This document shows, one piece after another, positions 1-9,439 of a DNA stretch of 64,000 nucleotides (position 1 is its first letter; every line of letters starts with the position of its first letter). The stretch lies in NCBI GenBank assembly GCA_965248835.1, contig CBDFLJ010000001.1:1920001-1984000 (forward strand), read 5' to 3'. Position numbers and translations under genes: made by a program. The stretch is from Alphaproteobacteria bacterium. GTDB lineage: Bacteria; Pseudomonadota; Alphaproteobacteria; MPNO01. The notes under the pieces are model-generated. The model searched no databases, had not been told where the DNA came from, and saw only the letters and a list, made by a program, of their open reading frames with translations.

Positions 1-569
1 CTTGCCGATGGTGGACGCGCGCCGGACCGAGTACGGCGCGGCGACCTACTGCCCTCGGCCCAACGGCAATGTGCGCGTGACCCACTTCCTGATGCCCAAC
101 GTCACCCAGCTCAAGAGCCCTGGCGCCGACCGCGAGATCGACTGGACCGAGTACGTGGTCTGGCGGGTACCGATCGACGACGAGAGCCACTACACCTTCG
201 GCATCAACTACATCAGCGTCCACGGCGATGCGAAGAGCCGCTACCTCGCCCGCCGCGCGGCGGTTCGCGAGACACCGCCGATCGAGGAGATCGGCGAAGC
301 GCATCCTGCGGGGCGAGCTCACCATCGAGGACGCCAAAGCGAACCTCGACGACCGCGACGTGCTCTATCACGTCTATCTCGAGGACTATGCCGTCCAGGT
401 GGGCCAGGGCGCGATCGCTGACCGGTCGCGCGAAAACCTGGGTCGGACCGACGCCGGTGTGCGCCTTTTGCGCGAGATCTGGAACGAGGAGCTCCGCCGG
501 CTCGCCATGGGAGAGGCGCCGACTTGCTGGACCCGCCCCGCTGCGCTCGACGCCACGACGGGCGGATAG
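1..569 (+). pseudogene. Rieske oxygenase alpha subunit (phthalate/chlorobenzoate dioxygenase-like), C-terminal part; 5'-truncated by the window edge, frameshift near 296-303
   Basis: Frame 2..421 gives RVTHFLMPN...VVWRVPIDDESH. Frame 228..569 continues ILRGELTIED...EDYAVQVGQGAIADRSRENLGRTDAGVRLLREIW, a typical catalytic-domain C-terminus. The two halves are in different frames. Confidence 0.75.
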
Positions 570-589
570 CCCCAGGACCGGGGACCCCG

Positions 590-904
590 ATGCTCTGTGC
601 CCTCGTGCGCCAAGATCGGCCAGGGACGGCGGCTCTCCGTGCCCGGCTGCGGCCTGTGCTCTCCCGGTACCAGGCGACGTTCCTGTCGTCGAACGTATTT
701 GGCAGCGGAATGATCATCGATAGGACCGATACGTCTGCGGACGTGCCGATCACCGAGATCGTCGGCAACGTCCCGATCCTCGACACGCCGGAGCGGGCGG
801 CGGACGAGGCGTTCCATTGCGACGACCCCTACACTAGGCACGACCTGTTCGAGACCGTGATTGTCGAGCGGTTCTGGCGGCGCATGCCGCCAGAGGCGTC
901 TTGA
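590..904 (+). CDS. YciI-like protein, possibly degenerate
   Basis: MLCALVRQDRPGTAALRARLRP...VGNV...AFHCDDPYTRHDLFETVIVERF matches the YciI pattern (DxPG...R...DPY...F..V.V); the usual His is absent. Confidence 0.6.
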   Translation: MLCALVRQDRPGTAALRARLRPVLSRYQATFLSSNVFGSGMIIDRTDTSADVPITEIVGNVPILDTPERAADEAFHCDDPYTRHDLFETVIVERFWRRMPPEAS

Positions 905-1530
905 TGGCCGGGCTCCGCCTCCAGCGCGGGGACGGCGGGCACGCGCTGGTTGAGATCGAGGCGGTCAACGGCGCGCTCGCGCCGTTCGGCGCCCGGGTCT
1001 GGCCGCGCGACCTCCGGGCGGTCGCGGCCGACGTCCGGGCTCTGCTCGTTCGGCCCACGCTTTCGGTCGCCGAAGCCGAGCGGATCAAGGGCGCGTTGCT
1101 GCTTTCCCGCGAGGCGCTGCTCAAGAAACTCGCCGAGGCCGGGCGGGTGCCGCACGTCCCCGGCGGCGGGGCGGTCGAGACCGTGGTCGCGAACCACGGC
1201 TACGCCTACCCGCAGCTATTCGTCGTCGAGGCAGGCGCCGACTACAGTCGCTTCGACCGGTTCCACGTCAACGTCGCCGATGACGGCACCGCCGTCGACG
1301 AGGTCATGCAGGTGCTCTCCGGCGGCGGTGTGCGCATCCTCCAGCGCCGGCCGGGGGCGGGGGCCGTGACGCTCACCCTCGACTGCCCATCCCCCGATCA
1401 GGGCTGGACCGTCACCTACGACGGCGCGGTATCGCATATCGGCAGCATGTCGGCGGCGGCGGCGGGGACCAAGGCGCTGATGCAGGTGTTCGGCCCCGCG
1501 CGCTGGACAATGCGCTACGACGATGACTGA
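904..1530 (+). CDS. hypothetical protein, cupin/acireductone-dioxygenase-like
   Basis: ~208 aa, start overlaps the upstream stop; FDRFHVN...DEVMQVLSGGG...SHIG resembles cupin metal-binding motifs. Confidence 0.55.
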   Translation: MAGLRLQRGDGGHALVEIEAVNGALAPFGARVWPRDLRAVAADVRALLVRPTLSVAEAERIKGALLLSREALLKKLAEAGRVPHVPGGGAVETVVANHGYAYPQLFVVEAGADYSRFDRFHVNVADDGTAVDEVMQVLSGGGVRILQRRPGAGAVTLTLDCPSPDQGWTVTYDGAVSHIGSMSAAAAGTKALMQVFGPARWTMRYDDD

Positions 1531-1800
1531 GCAATCGTAAAGGAAGGGGACGACGTGTCCGATATCCGAGTGTGGATCGGCGGTGTGGCGGTGTGGAATA
1601 TCTCGGACAGCACGTCCGCAACCGGGTTGGATTGGTGGGGCTTGTCGCGAAGCTTGTAATGCAGGGCCGTCACCTGCGCGCGCCACCGCGCCGATGGCGA
1701 GCCCGGCCTGGTTCGGGCACGATGCAGGCAACGACGGCGTGCCAGTAGTGCTCCATGGTCTTCGGCCGGCGCTCACCGTCACCTGCGCATTCAAATACCG

Positions 1801-1902
1801 CTCGGCCAGGCGACCAACCAGATCCGCTGGATCATCGCGGCCAACCTAGCCTTGGGAATTGCGGCGGTGGTCATCGGCGCGACAGGCCGCTACTGGGCCT
1901 GA
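1801..1902 (+). pseudogene. C-terminal remnant of a CopD/DUF4149-like membrane protein
   Basis: In-frame LGQATNQIRWIIAANLALGIAAVVIGATGRYWA* resembles the conserved alphaproteobacterial ending IR..V..NL.LG.....GA.GRYW; no intact upstream part. Confidence 0.4.
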
Positions 1903-2549
1903 TTCCCCGGGCTCTTGCGCCAGACCGTGGCGAGCCACGGCTGCTCCGCCCGCGGCCGGCCCGGCGGGCGGTAGTAGTGGTGCAGCTCCCGAAAGCCAGC
2001 GCCGGTGACGTAGGCGCGCCACGTTTCGAGGTCATGGAAGCAGCCGTATCGCCCACCGGCCCAGCCCTCCTCGTTGTGGCCCCGCGGGTTCGAGCAGAAC
2101 AGGACGCCGCCGGGCTTGAGGGTCGCGGCGAGGTCGCCGAGGACCCGGGCGAGCTGGCTGCTCGGCACATGGAACAACGAGGCGTTCGCGAAGATCCCGT
2201 CGAAGCGGGCGGATGGCAGGTCGAGCGCTAGGAAATCTTGGTGCAGCACCTCGCAATCAGTCTCGGCGCGCGCCATGACGGCAAGCTCGCCCGAGCCGTC
2301 CAGGCCGACCGCCTCGTGGCCGAGCCCGGTGAACCGGCACAGATCCCGGCCGGGCCCGCAGCCTAGATCGAGAATGACGTGGGGCGCCTCGCCCTCGATC
2401 GCCTCGAGCAGGGCCGCGATGTTCTGGCTGACGTCATGATCGGCGGTGCCGCGACGGTAAGCCGCCGCCATGCGGTCATATTCCGCGATCGTGATGGCCG
2501 CGACCTCTTGCGCCTGCACCGCGTCTTGCTCCGGAGTGGGCTCGCTCAT
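1890..2549 (-). CDS. class I SAM-dependent methyltransferase
   Basis: Motif I ILDLGCGPGRD, then GLDGS, FDGIFANASLFHVP, LKPGGVLF. Confidence 0.9.
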   Translation of the reverse strand: MSEPTPEQDAVQAQEVAAITIAEYDRMAAAYRRGTADHDVSQNIAALLEAIEGEAPHVILDLGCGPGRDLCRFTGLGHEAVGLDGSGELAVMARAETDCEVLHQDFLALDLPSARFDGIFANASLFHVPSSQLARVLGDLAATLKPGGVLFCSNPRGHNEEGWAGGRYGCFHDLETWRAYVTGAGFRELHHYYRPPGRPRAEQPWLATVWRKSPGNQAQ

Positions 2550-2756
2550 CGCGCGCGCTTATATGCCATCGCCGCCCGCGAGACCGAAGCCCCCGGCGCC
2601 GGGCTCTGGCGGACAATCCGCAGCTTCTCCGCCGACGACCAGAGATGCCGCCGACGAATCGGCGCCACCCTCCTTGAGCCCATCCGACCCCGCTTCGTCG
2701 GCTTCATAGCGCGCGGCTCGCTCGCTCTCTATCGGTCTTGTCGGCTTCGCCGAATT

Positions 2757-3305
2757 CTACTGCGCGAGGTGGGAGGGCCACTCGGCTGGGGTCTCGGCAC
2801 CGACGACGTTGGCCATCATCGCGGTCTTGCAGAAATGACCGATGACACCGACCAGATCGGCGAGACGACGATAGCCGAGCGTCTTCTCGGCGGCCTTGAA
2901 CCCGGCATCGCCGAGCGTGCCGGTCTCCAGAACCTCTCGCGCCGCGGCATGGATGACCTCATCGTCGCGACTGGCAAAGCTCGGCTGCTCGCGGGCATTC
3001 ACGGCATCGACTACTGAGCGCTCGAGGCCGGCCTCAAGCGCCATTCGCGCCTGCGCTGCCCAAGGATAGGCAGCGTTCCAGTGGCGTGCGGTAAGCAGGG
3101 CGACCATGCGCAGCTGCGGTTGGGTCAGCGAGCAGTTCTCGAAATAGGCAGTCGCGGCGTTGTTGTTTTCCCACATCCCAGGCGCGTAGGCATAGCCGAC
3201 GGCGGGTCCTCGACCGATACGCCCGGTCGTGGCCGCGGTATCGTCGTAGACCCGTTTCTGTTCGTCATCCATCTCGTCTCGCGTAAGCGTCGGTATTCTG
3301 GACAT
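2757..3305 (-). CDS. carboxymuconolactone decarboxylase (CMD/AhpD-like) family protein
   Basis: MSRIPTLTRDEMDDEQKRVYD...RGP...LLTARHWNAAYPWAAQARMALEAGL...DLVGVIGHF; RBS GGAGG upstream of ATG 3305. Confidence 0.8.
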   Translation of the reverse strand: MSRIPTLTRDEMDDEQKRVYDDTAATTGRIGRGPAVGYAYAPGMWENNNAATAYFENCSLTQPQLRMVALLTARHWNAAYPWAAQARMALEAGLERSVVDAVNAREQPSFASRDDEVIHAAAREVLETGTLGDAGFKAAEKTLGYRRLADLVGVIGHFCKTAMMANVVGAETPAEWPSHLAQ

Positions 3306-3446
3306 GGCTCCGCCTCCCTGTCGTCGCACGATCAACCTGCTGGATTCGAGGGTCGTTCGACCGCCCGCCGGCGTCAAGTCGCTTGCGGCGCCGGAGCGAC
3401 GGTCCGTCGTGTCCCCCGTCAGCACCTTTGAGACAGATATGAGATG

Positions 3447-3610
3447 TTGGCGGTCCGCTTTACCGACAGCGAAAGCTATTTCGTGTCGGAAGCTTCGGTC
3501 TATCGCCTGCTCAAGGCCCATGACCTGGTCACCAGCTCCGCCTTCATCGTGATCAAGGCCGCCGACGCGTTTAAGGACAAGACGGTCAGACCGAATCAGC
3601 TCTGACAGAA
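3447..3610 (+). mobile_element. IS3-family transposase remnant
   Basis: LAVRFTDSESYFVSEASVYRLLKAHDLVTSSAFIVIKAADAFKDKTVRPNQL*Q; the conserved PNQLWQ Trp is mutated to TGA at 3603-3605. Confidence 0.75.
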
Positions 3611-3724
3611 TTCTGCTGATGACGGACAGCCACCCGCACGGAATACTGGTGCCCTGCGTCAAAGCCGATCAAGATCAAATGCCCACGAGATAAGCGTTTT
3701 TGAATGCGTAACGGGGAGACTGGC

Positions 3725-4852
3725 ATGAAAATCAGCCGCGTGGATGCAACCGGGTTGCGCGTTTCGGTGCCATTCGACGAATTCGGCATCGACCGGACCG
3801 TCGCGCTCAATGTCTGCCATGTCGAGGTCGAAACCGACGATGGACTGATCGGCTACGGGTTTACGGCGATTGTCGAGGGCGAGGTCATCGCCAATATCAT
3901 CAACGCTGTCGCGGGACCATTGATCCTCGGCGAGGATCCGATGGCGAACGAGCGTATTTGGGAGCGGCTCTATTGGAAGATGAGCCCACGCGGCCAGACC
4001 GGATACGCAAGCCACGCGATCGCTGCGATCGACGTTGCGCTCTGGGACATCAAAGGCAAGTTCCTGAACCAACCGGTTTGGCGCCTCCTGGGCGGTGCCC
4101 GAAGCAAAGTTGAAACTTACGCGACGTTCGGGTTTCCGGTTTTCGACCGGGAGCAACTCGCCGAGGCCGCCAAGACATGGCAGTCGAAAGGCCATCGCAA
4201 GCTCAAGATGGTGGTCGCCAACGAAGCGCTGCCAAACCGCGACACGATCCGCCCGGTCGATGATGTCATTCGCGAAGACGCGATGCGCGTGAGGGCGGTG
4301 CGAGAGGCCGTCGGCGACGACGTCGATCTATTCATCGACGCGAATTGCCGCCTCGATCCGTTTCAGGCCCGCAAGCTGACCAAACTAATCGAGGACTGCA
4401 GGGTTACGTATTTCGAGGAGCCGATTACCCACAACGATGTTCGCCAACTCGCGAAACTGCGCCAAATGACGAGCATCCCGCTCGCCGCCGGCCAGAACGA
4501 AGGCCACGCTTGGCGGTTTCGCGACATGCTGGTGCATGAAGCGGTCGACTACGTGCAGCCCAATGTCGTGATCGGTGGTGGGTTCACCCAATGCGTCAAG
4601 ATCGCCGGCATGGCGGCCGCATTCAATGTCCCGATCTGCAACGGCGGCGCCTGGATGCATCACAACATGCATCTGCATGCCGGCGTGGCCAACGGAACCA
4701 TGGTCGAGCACCACTATGTCGCGACCGAGATCTGCAAGCAGATGTACCGCGATCTCCCCGAGCCGGTCGACGGCTGGCTCACCCTGCCCGAGACACCGGG
4801 CCTCGGCTTCACGCCCGATCTCGACGCGATCCGCGATCTCCCCAAGACGTGA
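3725..4852 (+). CDS. mandelate racemase/muconate lactonizing enzyme family protein (enolase superfamily)
   Basis: AIAAIDVALWDIKGK...PVWRLLGG, KLK, IDAN, FEEP, LPETPGLG; RBS GGGGAG. Confidence 0.9.
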   Translation: MKISRVDATGLRVSVPFDEFGIDRTVALNVCHVEVETDDGLIGYGFTAIVEGEVIANIINAVAGPLILGEDPMANERIWERLYWKMSPRGQTGYASHAIAAIDVALWDIKGKFLNQPVWRLLGGARSKVETYATFGFPVFDREQLAEAAKTWQSKGHRKLKMVVANEALPNRDTIRPVDDVIREDAMRVRAVREAVGDDVDLFIDANCRLDPFQARKLTKLIEDCRVTYFEEPITHNDVRQLAKLRQMTSIPLAAGQNEGHAWRFRDMLVHEAVDYVQPNVVIGGGFTQCVKIAGMAAAFNVPICNGGAWMHHNMHLHAGVANGTMVEHHYVATEICKQMYRDLPEPVDGWLTLPETPGLGFTPDLDAIRDLPKT

Positions 4853-4957
4853 CGGGGCGGGATCTCGCCGGGTTGCGTAGAGGGCATCGAAGCCCGCATA
4901 GGCGTCGGCCTGGAATATGCCGGTACATCCGGCGAGGTGACCTTCGGCATGGCTGCA
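4850..4957 (-). mobile_element. IS66-family transposase (TnpC) remnant
   Basis: Minus strand reads HAEGHLAGCTGIFQADAYAGFDALYATRRDPAP, matching the IS66 motif HLAG..G.LQADAYAG...LY. Confidence 0.7.
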
Positions 4958-5059
4958 CACTTTTTCGCTCCGCCCAAATCGGGTTCGGCCTCTGCCATAA
5001 GGTGGTGCCGCACTACGCTCGCCCGCTGCCAACAAATTCACAGATGAACCAGACCGGTA

Positions 5060-6472
5060 TCAGATATCCGGGGCGCGCCGGTGCCAGTCGGTTGCGCGCT
5101 GGAACGCCCCGCCCAATGCAAACAGCGTTTCCTCGTCAAACGGCCGCGCCGCGATCTGAATCCCGAGTGGAATGCCGTTTGATCCGATTCCGATCGGACA
5201 GGAGATTATCGGGATCCCAAGCAAACTGAGCGGCCGCGTGAAACGAGGAAAGGTCGTCCAGAATTGCTCGGCGCCGCCTGGACCGAGCGGATCGCACTCG
5301 GCCATCGTCGGCGCGCGGCCTGGATAGGAAGGCAGCGCAATCGCATCGACCCGCGCAAATACCGAACACACGAAATCTTTGATCACCTTGGTGCGCAGCC
5401 GCATCGCGTTGAGGTAACTGGCGGCGGAGATCAGGAGACCCGACTCGAGGTGATCGCGAATATAGGATGCGTAATCGTCGCCGCGTTCCGTCAGCCACGC
5501 CTCGTGCAGCGCTGCGGCTTCGGCCTTGGATATCAAGTCGCAGAGATCGAACATCAAATCTTCATCGGGAATCTCGATCTCGACGACCGAGACGCCCTCC
5601 CCGCGAAATACATCGAGCGCCGCCGCAAGAGCAGTGCGCATTTCCGGATCGACGTCTTGCGTCGATCCGGAAATCGGGACGCCCAGCCTGAGCCCGCCCA
5701 CGGGAGCCTCGAGCGCCGCGAGATCGTTCGGCGGCGGCAGCGCGGAGCAATTGGGATCCCTTGGGTCGGCACCGGCAATGACATCCAACATCAAGGCACA
5801 ATCCCTTACCGAACGAACGAGCGGCCCAACCGTATCCAGCGACCAGGATCTTGGCATCACCCCATGTAGGCTGACGCGTCCCTGGGTCGGCCGTATGGTC
5901 GTTAGGCAGCACAGCGCCGCGGGCCATCTGAGTGAGCCCCCGGTATCTGTTCCGAGCGATCCATAGATCAGCCGTGCGGCGACCGCCGACGCCGAACCGC
6001 TCGACGATCCGCCGGGCGAATAGTCGGTGTTCCAGGGGTTGAGACAGTCGCCAAAATGCAGATTGTGGCCGGTCCCACCGGCGGCGAATTCGCTCATGTG
6101 CAACCGGCCGATTTCGATCGCACCGGCGCGAGTGAGGCGTTCGAGTACGGTCGCCGTTGTTGCGCCACGGACGCCGTCGAGGATCCGAGATCCGCAGGTC
6201 GCGACCTGATTCTCGCGCGAGAACAGATCCTTGTGCGCCATAGGCACACCGTGCAATGGCCCGACCAACTCACCCGTTGATAGCCTGTCATCGGCTCGTC
6301 GCGCCTGCGCTCGCGCGCCATCGGCGTCAAGGACGATAAAACAGTTGAGCCGGCCGGCGAGGCGTTCGGCGCGCGCCAGACAGGCCTCGGTCGCCTCAAG
6401 CGAGGAGATTCGGCGCGAGCGGATCTCCGCGGCAACGGCGGTCAGGTCCAGATTGGCGATCTCCGCTGTCAT
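5060..6472 (-). CDS. amidase (amidase signature family, GatA/AtzE-like)
   Basis: GPLHGVPMAHKDLF, PGGSSSGS, GTDTGGSLRWPA (Lys/cis-Ser/Ser triad), C-terminal AFQRATDWHRRAP. Confidence 0.92.
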   Translation of the reverse strand: MTAEIANLDLTAVAAEIRSRRISSLEATEACLARAERLAGRLNCFIVLDADGARAQARRADDRLSTGELVGPLHGVPMAHKDLFSRENQVATCGSRILDGVRGATTATVLERLTRAGAIEIGRLHMSEFAAGGTGHNLHFGDCLNPWNTDYSPGGSSSGSASAVAARLIYGSLGTDTGGSLRWPAALCCLTTIRPTQGRVSLHGVMPRSWSLDTVGPLVRSVRDCALMLDVIAGADPRDPNCSALPPPNDLAALEAPVGGLRLGVPISGSTQDVDPEMRTALAAALDVFRGEGVSVVEIEIPDEDLMFDLCDLISKAEAAALHEAWLTERGDDYASYIRDHLESGLLISAASYLNAMRLRTKVIKDFVCSVFARVDAIALPSYPGRAPTMAECDPLGPGGAEQFWTTFPRFTRPLSLLGIPIISCPIGIGSNGIPLGIQIAARPFDEETLFALGGAFQRATDWHRRAPDI

Positions 6473-6672
6473 GAAGATTCTTTTCGCAGGTTTTCGAGGA
6501 GCCCGATCAACCCGCGTGGGACATCGTCGAGACTCAGTTGGGCCGTCGCCTTGCCGACCGCGTCGTCCAACCGGCAGGACTCCGCGAGGATCGCTTGTGC
6601 TCGGTCGCTGCCGCGCGTCGTCGCAAAAAACGGCCTCGCCGATAAGTTCGTTGCGTCTGGTAGGTAATCCAT
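6469..6672 (-). CDS. small protein translationally coupled to the amidase (candidate GatC/AtzG-like subunit)
   Basis: 67-aa ORF MDYLPDATN...RAQAILAESCRLDDAVGKATAQLSLDDVPRGLIGLLENL; its TGA overlaps the amidase ATG (ATGA, 6469-6472). Confidence 0.55.
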   Translation of the reverse strand: MDYLPDATNLSARPFFATTRGSDRAQAILAESCRLDDAVGKATAQLSLDDVPRGLIGLLENLRKESS

Positions 6673-6757
6673 ATTGTGGACCGCTATCCCCGCCACGGAG
6701 TTTTGTCGATAATGTCACCGCCTTGGCTCGGCGTTAAGTCATACGGAGGACAACGCG

Positions 6758-7177
6758 ATGACGCAGGACGTTGGACGACTGCCCGATGCTTTCAGCGCGC
6801 TCGTCCTCAGTGCCTGCGACGAATCCTCGTTCCGGCGCGACGGTCTGTGGGTCAGCTTCGAGTACCGCGACCTCGGCGCCGCCGAAGCGACCGACGGTCG
6901 GGTGGGCGCATTTCATATGCGTGCGTTGGGGCCGTGCGATGGCCCAATGGGCTGGCACTGGCATGACCTGACCTTTCATCTGGTTTACATCCTCAAGGGA
7001 CGCGTGAGCTATCGTTGGGAGGGCAGTGACGAGGTCGTCGTCGCAAAGGCCGGTGACTCGATGATCCAGCCCCCAGGCGGCGCTCACAACGTCCTCGACT
7101 ACTCGGAAGATGTCGAGGTGCTCGAAATCACGATGCCGGCAAAGTATCCAACGATCGATGTCGGCGATTTGGATTGA
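6758..7177 (+). CDS. cupin domain protein
   Basis: GWHWHDLTFHLVYILKG...GDSMIQPPGGAHNVLDYSEDVEVLEITMPA; RBS GGAGG. Confidence 0.88.
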   Translation: MTQDVGRLPDAFSALVLSACDESSFRRDGLWVSFEYRDLGAAEATDGRVGAFHMRALGPCDGPMGWHWHDLTFHLVYILKGRVSYRWEGSDEVVVAKAGDSMIQPPGGAHNVLDYSEDVEVLEITMPAKYPTIDVGDLD

Positions 7178-7443
7178 GCGCCGGCGCCCTCGATCGACCG
7201 TGTGTCTTCCATCCTTCGGGACGCGGCCTTGCCACCCGCTCTGCAGGATGAGATCGTAGTGTTTCCTCATGGTGAAGAGGCCACGGAGTGGCCGTCTCGA
7301 ACCATGTGTCGCACGAGGTCGTGCAAATGCGATAACCCGAGGCCCGAGCCCGCAATTTTTGACTCGGTGCCGACAAATAGCTTAGCCTCCGATGGCCCAC
7401 AAATACCGTGTCGCTGTTGCGTAGAGGACCAGGAGAGCCCTTG

Positions 7444-8700
7444 ATGTCTCGATCGAACTTGCCCGCCTATGGCGAACCATGGCCGAAGAGCGATCTCACG
7501 CGTGTTCCGCACACCGTGTATATCGATAGAGATATCTTCGCCGCCGAGAACGATCGGATATTCCGTGGCCCAACCTGGAACTATCTCGGGCTCGAATGCG
7601 AGGTGCCGGACCCGGGTGATTTCGTATCGACCTATGTCGGTACGATCCCCGTGGTGCTCAACCGCGGACGCGACGGTTCACTCCATGCGTTCGTCAACCG
7701 CTGTGCCCACCGCGGCGCCATGGTGGTGCGCGAGAGTCGCGGCAACTGCGACAACCATACCTGCATCTATCACCAGTGGTCCTATGACAACGAAGGCAAT
7801 CTGATTGGTGCGCCCTACCGCAAGGGAATCAAGGGGAACGGCGGTTTCCCTGACGATTTCCAGCTTGCCGATCATCCCCTCGAAAAATTGCGAACCGAAA
7901 GCTATGCGGGCGTTGTATTCGGCACCTTCGATGAGGACATGGAGCCGTTGGACGCGTATATGGAAAAACCGGTCCGCGATCGATTTGACACCTTATGTGG
8001 CCGACCGTACCGGGTGACCGGCTATCAGCGGCAGATCGTTGAGGGCAATTGGAAGCTGTATTTCGAGAACGTCAAAGACTGCTATCACGGCTCCCTCCTC
8101 CATATGTTCAATTCCAACTTCGGGTTCTTCCGATCGACCCAACGCGGATCGTCGGTGATGACGAAGGGCGGGCTGCACTCGATCCTGACGACCTACGGCA
8201 AGACCGATGAGGAGCTCGGTGACACGTTCAAGGAGATCGCGACGCACAAGCCGAAATTCTCGCTCGAAGACACCTCGGTCATCGACGTCGTCCGCGAACA
8301 CGGCGATGGAATGGTAACCACTATTCTCACGCTGTTCCCGACATTCGTGCTGGCGCAAATCGGAAACCACCTCGGGTTCCGCCACATTCGGCCGAAAGGC
8401 CCGGACCGGTTCGAACTGGTTTGGATCAACTTCGAATATGAAGACGACGACGACTATCATCGCGAGGTGCGGCGTAAGCAAGGCAACCTACTCGGCCCAT
8501 CGGGCTATCTATCGATGGAGGATGCCGAAGCGTTGGAAATCGCGAACAAGGCATTCACCGGAGAATTCGGACGCGGATACTCGTTCATCGAGATGGGTGG
8601 CCGCGAGTCCGATGATCAGGATCATCTTGTAACGGAAGCGCCAATTCGCGGCTTTTGGCGCGGCTACTGCGACATAATGGGGATTTCCTTCGACGACTGA
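7444..8700 (+). CDS. aromatic-ring-hydroxylating Rieske oxygenase alpha subunit (salicylate 5-hydroxylase NagG / anthranilate AndAc-like)
   Basis: Rieske CAH-x17-CIYH; NWKLYFENVKDCYHGSLLH; GPSGYLSMEDAEA; RBS AGGAG. Confidence 0.9.
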   Translation: MSRSNLPAYGEPWPKSDLTRVPHTVYIDRDIFAAENDRIFRGPTWNYLGLECEVPDPGDFVSTYVGTIPVVLNRGRDGSLHAFVNRCAHRGAMVVRESRGNCDNHTCIYHQWSYDNEGNLIGAPYRKGIKGNGGFPDDFQLADHPLEKLRTESYAGVVFGTFDEDMEPLDAYMEKPVRDRFDTLCGRPYRVTGYQRQIVEGNWKLYFENVKDCYHGSLLHMFNSNFGFFRSTQRGSSVMTKGGLHSILTTYGKTDEELGDTFKEIATHKPKFSLEDTSVIDVVREHGDGMVTTILTLFPTFVLAQIGNHLGFRHIRPKGPDRFELVWINFEYEDDDDYHREVRRKQGNLLGPSGYLSMEDAEALEIANKAFTGEFGRGYSFIEMGGRESDDQDHLVTEAPIRGFWRGYCDIMGISFDD

Positions 8701-8735
8701 CGACTGAAACGGGCGAAAACAGGGAGGCGGCGAAG

Positions 8736-9254
8736 ATGTCCGAGTCGGCTCAGGCCAGTCGAAAGGCTTCGACGAACGAGGCGGTGGACAGCGCAACCGA
8801 GCGCAAAATCGAAAAGATGTTCTACCGCTATGCCAAGTGCCTCGACGATGACCGGCTCGAGGAGTGGCCCGCGTTCTTCATCGAGGCGGGCCGTTATATC
8901 ATTCATCCCCGGGATAATCTCGACGCCGGTCTCGAAGGCTATTGGATCTATTGCGACCACCGCCGGATGATCCGGGATCGGGTCCTTTCGCTGCGTGAGG
9001 CCAACATCTACAATATCCACTACGCTCGTCATCTGATCAGCAACGTGCTGGTGATGGGCTACGACGGGACGGCGTATGACGTTCGCGCCAATTACGTCGT
9101 GTTGCAGACCGATAACGAAGGTGTCACCCATACGTTCAGCACCGGTGAGTATCGGGCTATGGTCGTGTTCGAAAACGACGAGCCCAAGTTCGCCGAAAAC
9201 ATCGTGGTTCCCGATACCTACCTGGTTAAAGCGCTGATCGCGATCCCACTCTGA
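8736..9254 (+). CDS. aromatic-ring-hydroxylating oxygenase beta subunit
   Basis: YAKCLDDDRLEEWPAFF...PRDN...DRVLSLREANIYNIHYARHLISN...LIAIPL. Confidence 0.88.
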   Translation: MSESAQASRKASTNEAVDSATERKIEKMFYRYAKCLDDDRLEEWPAFFIEAGRYIIHPRDNLDAGLEGYWIYCDHRRMIRDRVLSLREANIYNIHYARHLISNVLVMGYDGTAYDVRANYVVLQTDNEGVTHTFSTGEYRAMVVFENDEPKFAENIVVPDTYLVKALIAIPL

Positions 9255-9332
9255 TCGCACCTCGATCCGAACCCGCTCGCACCGGCTTTCCAAGGTCGTA
9301 AAGCTAAGGAAAGCGACCAATGGAGGGCGGAC

Positions 9333-9376
9333 CATGGCGGAGGAGATCGCTGCGAAGCTGCGCCAGGTTGGGGGCT
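9333..9376 (+). mobile_element. possible IS3-family OrfA N-terminal remnant
   Basis: AEEIAAKLRQV resembles OrfA PEEIVAKLRQV; very short. Confidence 0.35.
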
Positions 9377-9439
9377 GAGGTGGCCCGGCGGGTGATAGAG
9401 CGGCACGAAGGCTTCGCGCGCACGTAATCCTTCACGATG

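Noticed and set aside
1543-1659. RBS-like AAGGAAGGGG, 34-codon GTG ORF and imperfect inverted repeat (TGTCCGATATCC / GGAATATCTCGGACA)
   Set aside because: Too short and imperfect to call a peptide or ncRNA without comparative data.
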